Shown: in pieces, positions 60,241-64,000 of the stretch
Layout of the letters: every line of letters starts with the position of its first letter
Position numbering within the stretch: the stretch's first letter is position 1
Source of the DNA: Octopus sinensis
Taxonomy: Eukaryota
Direction: 5' to 3'
Length of the DNA: 64,000 bases
NCBI RefSeq assembly: GCF_006345805.1
Contig: NC_043000.1
Location: 111,910,001 to 111,974,000, forward strand
The notes under the pieces: generated by a model
Told to the model about the DNA's origin: nothing
The model's input: only the letters and a program-made list of their open reading frames with translations
The model's database searches: none
Program-made: the position numbers and the translations under genes

Positions 60241-61596
60241 TGATATTGGGGTGGATAAGAGAGAATATATGAATTTAAATTTACTGTTGATGTTTTGTTT
60301 TTTTCTGTTGTCTGTCTCTACAGCAGGAGTGTCAGATTTGGCTACAAGTAGATAGACTGTGCCATTTTCTAGGACTGCCATCTTTTTTCACTTGTTTCAG
60401 TCATTGGCATGTGGCCATTCTGGAGCACCACCTTGGTTGGGGTTTTAGTTGAACAAATCAACCCCTGGGCATTATTTTCTTTTTTAAGTCTGCCACTTAC
60501 TGTATCAGTCTCTTGTCAAACCGCTAAGTTATGAGGATATGAAGAAACCCACTCTGGTTGTCAAGTAGTATGTGGGACACACGGATACATGGACATACAC
60601 ATGACAATCTTCTATGCTGAGGCACTTACACCCACACACAGATACAAGCATGTACATATGTGTGTGTGTTTTACTAAAGGATATAAACATCAGCAAGGAA
60701 ACTAAAAAGAACAGCAGTAAAAAAACCTGTGCTTTTTGAATGAAGTCCTTGTTATATTTGTTCTGCATTGAGTTACAGACACTCAGACAGTCCCCCTGTC
60801 ATTCTGCCCATCGTAAATGCATCCAGCCAAAGACTGGCCCACTAGAGACCTATAACCAATGATGCTGTTATTCAGCAATAAATTAATTTAATACATGAAA
60901 GCAGTGATACTGTGAGGAATGTGTGAGACACTTCTTACCACTGGAAAAATACTTGAGCGATAAAAGAAAACAAGATGAAGTCAACCCAGTTTAAGTGCAA
61001 TTTGTATTATGAGTGTTGTTTTAGTCTAGGTCAGTGTTAATTGAATGAAGAACTTACAAACATGCAAGGACACAATAACCTCCTAAGCAGACCTGGTGCA
61101 GATATGAATGTAACATGGAAACCAGTATAAAGGAAAGATAAAATGTTGGGTTTATAAGCCCTAAAATTCACTCACGGGCATGCTGGTGGCACGTAAAAAG
61201 CACCAACCGATCGTGGCCATTGCCAGCTTTGCCTGGCACCTGTGCCGGTGGAATGTAAAAAGCACCCACTACACTCATGGAGTGGTTGGCGTCAGGAAGG
61301 GCATCTAGCTGTAGAAACACTGCCAGATCAGACTGGAGCCTGGTGCAGCCTCCTGGCTTCCCAGACCCTGGTCGAACTGTCCAACCCATGCTAGCATGGA
61401 AAGCGGACGTTAAACGATGATGATGATGTATTGTGTAGTAGACAAGAGTGTAGGCTGCTAACTCTCAGATTCTAAGTTCAGTCCCACGCAGGGACTTGAT
61501 AAATAATATTAACAGAAAAATCAGCAACATACCTTAGGAATGAGAACAGTGTACTCCATTAGTCAAATAAATGGTTGGGTTTGAAATCCCACCTGG

Positions 61597-61640
61597 ACAC
61601 CTGATGAAGGCTGGAGAGTACATCAGCCAAAACGTTGTGG
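61597..61640 (+). ncRNA. Minimal type-I hammerhead ribozyme-like motif (Penelope-type), G12 mutated
   Basis: CAC-CTGATGA-A-GGCTG(GAGAGTACAT)CAGCC-AAAAC-GTT-GTG; stem III is the palindrome AACGTT. Confidence 0.6.
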
Positions 61641-62077
61641 TAACAACAAACAAGATGAGGATACCTATCGGCCCTTTATAAATAATGTACAAAATTCCTC
61701 ATTTCGAAAATATAGAATAGTACTGCTCAAATTGTTCCAGTGTACCAGTGTTGACTTGGACAAACTGCTCTAGACACTCATGGTTAGCAGGTAGGTATAG
61801 GGCAAATTGTCTACAATTTCAGATGGCTAGTTACATGGAATACAAATTCATGATTTGTAGTCAGTTTAAGAATGATCAATCGATAAGGGCCTTCTTACCG
61901 AAGGCTAAATGCATCTTTCTTAGCACAGAAAGCTTTCTGGGATTGCATTAGTAAGTTACTGTTATATTTCAAGATGGTAATTTTTTTACTTTTTTACCAG
62001 AAAAAAAAAACCCACAAGCACTGTATATATTTACTATTTTTAAATCTCGCAACAAGAGATATTCAGCAACAGCACTT

Positions 62078-62388
62078 TGGAGTAAAGATTGTTTGCCAAC
62101 ATAACATGGCACTCCTGGTTTAGGATGAATGTTGCTGTAATTTAGCACCAGGAGACATCGTCTCCTGCTGGTTATACATCACGATCTGTGTCCTTATATT
62201 TTCAAACAAGGGAATCTAGCACCCCCACTCAGCTCAAAACAATATCTGTGTATTGCGGTTTCTGATATATAAGGATTCAAATCGTGTCATATAGCCAGCT
62301 GGAGATGATGTCTCCTGGAGCTAAATTATAGCAACATTCATCCTAAACCAGGACTGCCATGTTATGTTGGCAAACAATCTTTACTCCA
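62078..62388. mobile_element. MITE with about 105-bp TIRs
   Basis: TGGAGTAAAGATTGTTTGCCAACATAACATGGC ... GCCATGTTATGTTGGCAAACAATCTTTACTCCA. Confidence 0.82.
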
Positions 62389-62929
62389 CCATATATATTT
62401 GTTCTTCACTTTAGCTTCCTTTCTATTCTTATTTTAGAGTCCTGTGTTTGGAAATCTTTCATCAAACGTCCTGTGACCCTTTCAGTGACTCTCTATCTCA
62501 TGTATATCCTCCAGTTCTGTTTAGTCCAGTCTGTCTTTCTATGGTGTGTTTCCTTATTTGCACATGTGTTTGCATCTGTATCCGTGTGTGTATGTTTATA
62601 GGTTTGCTTACTATACTGTTTGTATCTGTGCACTTAATTAGTGAATTAATTATGTGACAATTAATGAGAGCTGCCATCAACAACAGGCAGTGGGTTTCAC
62701 TAAAAGGAAAAACTAGAACATCTATTCCCATTAGCAAAGAACTAGCAATAGAGGGTAGTTGTGTATGAATTAGTCAAAAGATTAGATGAGTTCCATTGAT
62801 GAGATATTGTATATGACATATTTGTTGGTAAGCTTGGCTCTTAACCTTTTCTTCAATGTCAAACACAACTTGGAATAAGCTGAAATGGCTATTCCAATTT
62901 ACAAAGCTATGCACTCATTGGAAACATCG

Positions 62930-63121
62930 TTGAAGATTTTGGCATCAGTTCTCACTAACAGATTGGCACTTGTTGCTGCTAGTGTAGTTGGAGATGCCTT
63001 AACTTGACAATCCTTGACACATTTACCCGTTTATGTGTGGGTTTGGAATAGATTAGGCTTCAGTGGGGCCCTGGTCAATCTGGATCAGTCCAAAACTTGT
63101 GACAGGGTCAACCATCACTTC
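62930..63121 (+). mobile_element. L1/Tx1-type RT fragment
   Basis: LKILASVLTNRLALVAASVVGDA* ... GALVNLDQSKTCDRVNHHF. Confidence 0.7.
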
Positions 63122-64000
63122 TTTCCACTTCATGCCTAAGTGGCACATAAGGCTCCCACTCTTTCTACTCCTCCTCCCCCCTCACTCTCATCCCATGCTT
63201 CCCAGTTGATGGCTTTGGTTCTCATATAGTTCCATGTTCCCCATTTGCCAACTTGCTCCTCTTTTTCAACAATTCTTCTCCATACTTCCTCCTTTCCTCA
63301 GAGGCCCAAGACATGACTCACAGTCGTTGTTGAGAGCTTTCCTCAGGGTGTGGCCAATATCCACCTCCTTCTCCACACTTCACTGTTCATGCTCTCCATC
63401 CTAGCTTTCTCTCTCTCTCTCTCTCTCCCCTCTCTCTCTTTCTCTCTGCTAAGAGAACCTGGTTTCGGGTACTTTGTCTGTCCCTTGCAGGGGATGAACT
63501 CCATGATTACACCACCATACCACATCATCGTGAGAATTCCTTCTGGACGCAGGGCTGAGTGGATGTGACTTTGGTCATGGCTAATACAGCACAGGTGCAA
63601 ACAACCAGCATGATATCAAACATGGCTCGTTTTTTTAATCCTTCAGTCAGGGAGGAAGGCAGTGCCTCTAACCCTTTACAGGGCTGTCCCCAAGACTAGT
63701 GGCAGAAAAGGAGGAAGCTTTCTTCAAACAGAAAACCTGGATCAAATGCTTGCAACAGAAAAGTCTTCTGAGTTCATCTTCGCTTTTTCAAAGGTTTTAT
63801 TTTTTTATTATGAGTCCAAAAATGACCCTCCTTACCAAGCGAGCTTTAGTGAGAGTTCTAATTTAGACATTGATGATTTGACTCTACACAAGTTGTACCC
63901 ACTTACATGATTACCACATTGCAGATCTACTAATCAGGTCTATGGCCTGACATTATAGACAGGAATGATTAATTAAGAAACTCTCATGGGTGCCTGATCA

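Noticed and set aside
59815-60381. 188-aa Gly/Cys-rich ORF and overlapping Val-rich ORF
   Set aside because: Translation of an imperfect (ACC)n tract; no splice or homology support.
61058-61092. Candidate 35-nt minus-strand exon (GLLRRLLCPCMF frame)
   Set aside because: Isolated, with no partner exon in a compatible phase identified.
58870-63540. Strong plus-strand acceptors at about 58870, 60320 and 63498
   Set aside because: No convincing donor or homology; pyrimidine tracts are common in this sequence.

Overview
AT-rich, microsatellite- and SINE-dense eukaryotic DNA. The repeat families look like those of an octopus (Octopus sp.); this is inferred from sequence style, not proven. The one gene I can fully assemble is a 7-exon, minus-strand HACD1/2-type very-long-chain 3-hydroxyacyl-CoA dehydratase: join(43402-43344, 33674-33557, 32735-32628, 31411-31290, 22327-22288, 21794-21656, 19888-19791). 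It gives 684 nt, 227 aa, all GT-AG introns with consistent phases, and an intact catalytic Y..E motif. The ORF track mostly misses it. There is also a probable plus-strand terminal exon of an unidentified gene (7656-7787) and a CpG-rich, coding-like minus-strand first exon (49583-49763) beside a possible bidirectional promoter. The rest is mobile DNA: a near full-length IR/DR Tc1 (DD34E), DD37D and mariner remnants, CR1/RTE/R4/Tx1 LINE fragments, many SINEs and MITEs. Recurrent unusual themes are fold-back palindromes embedded in (TA)n tracts, local templated duplications and insertions, Penelope-type minimal hammerhead-ribozyme relics, and two Mutator-like MITEs bracketing the HACD promoter. 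Most long ORFs in the track are microsatellite artefacts.
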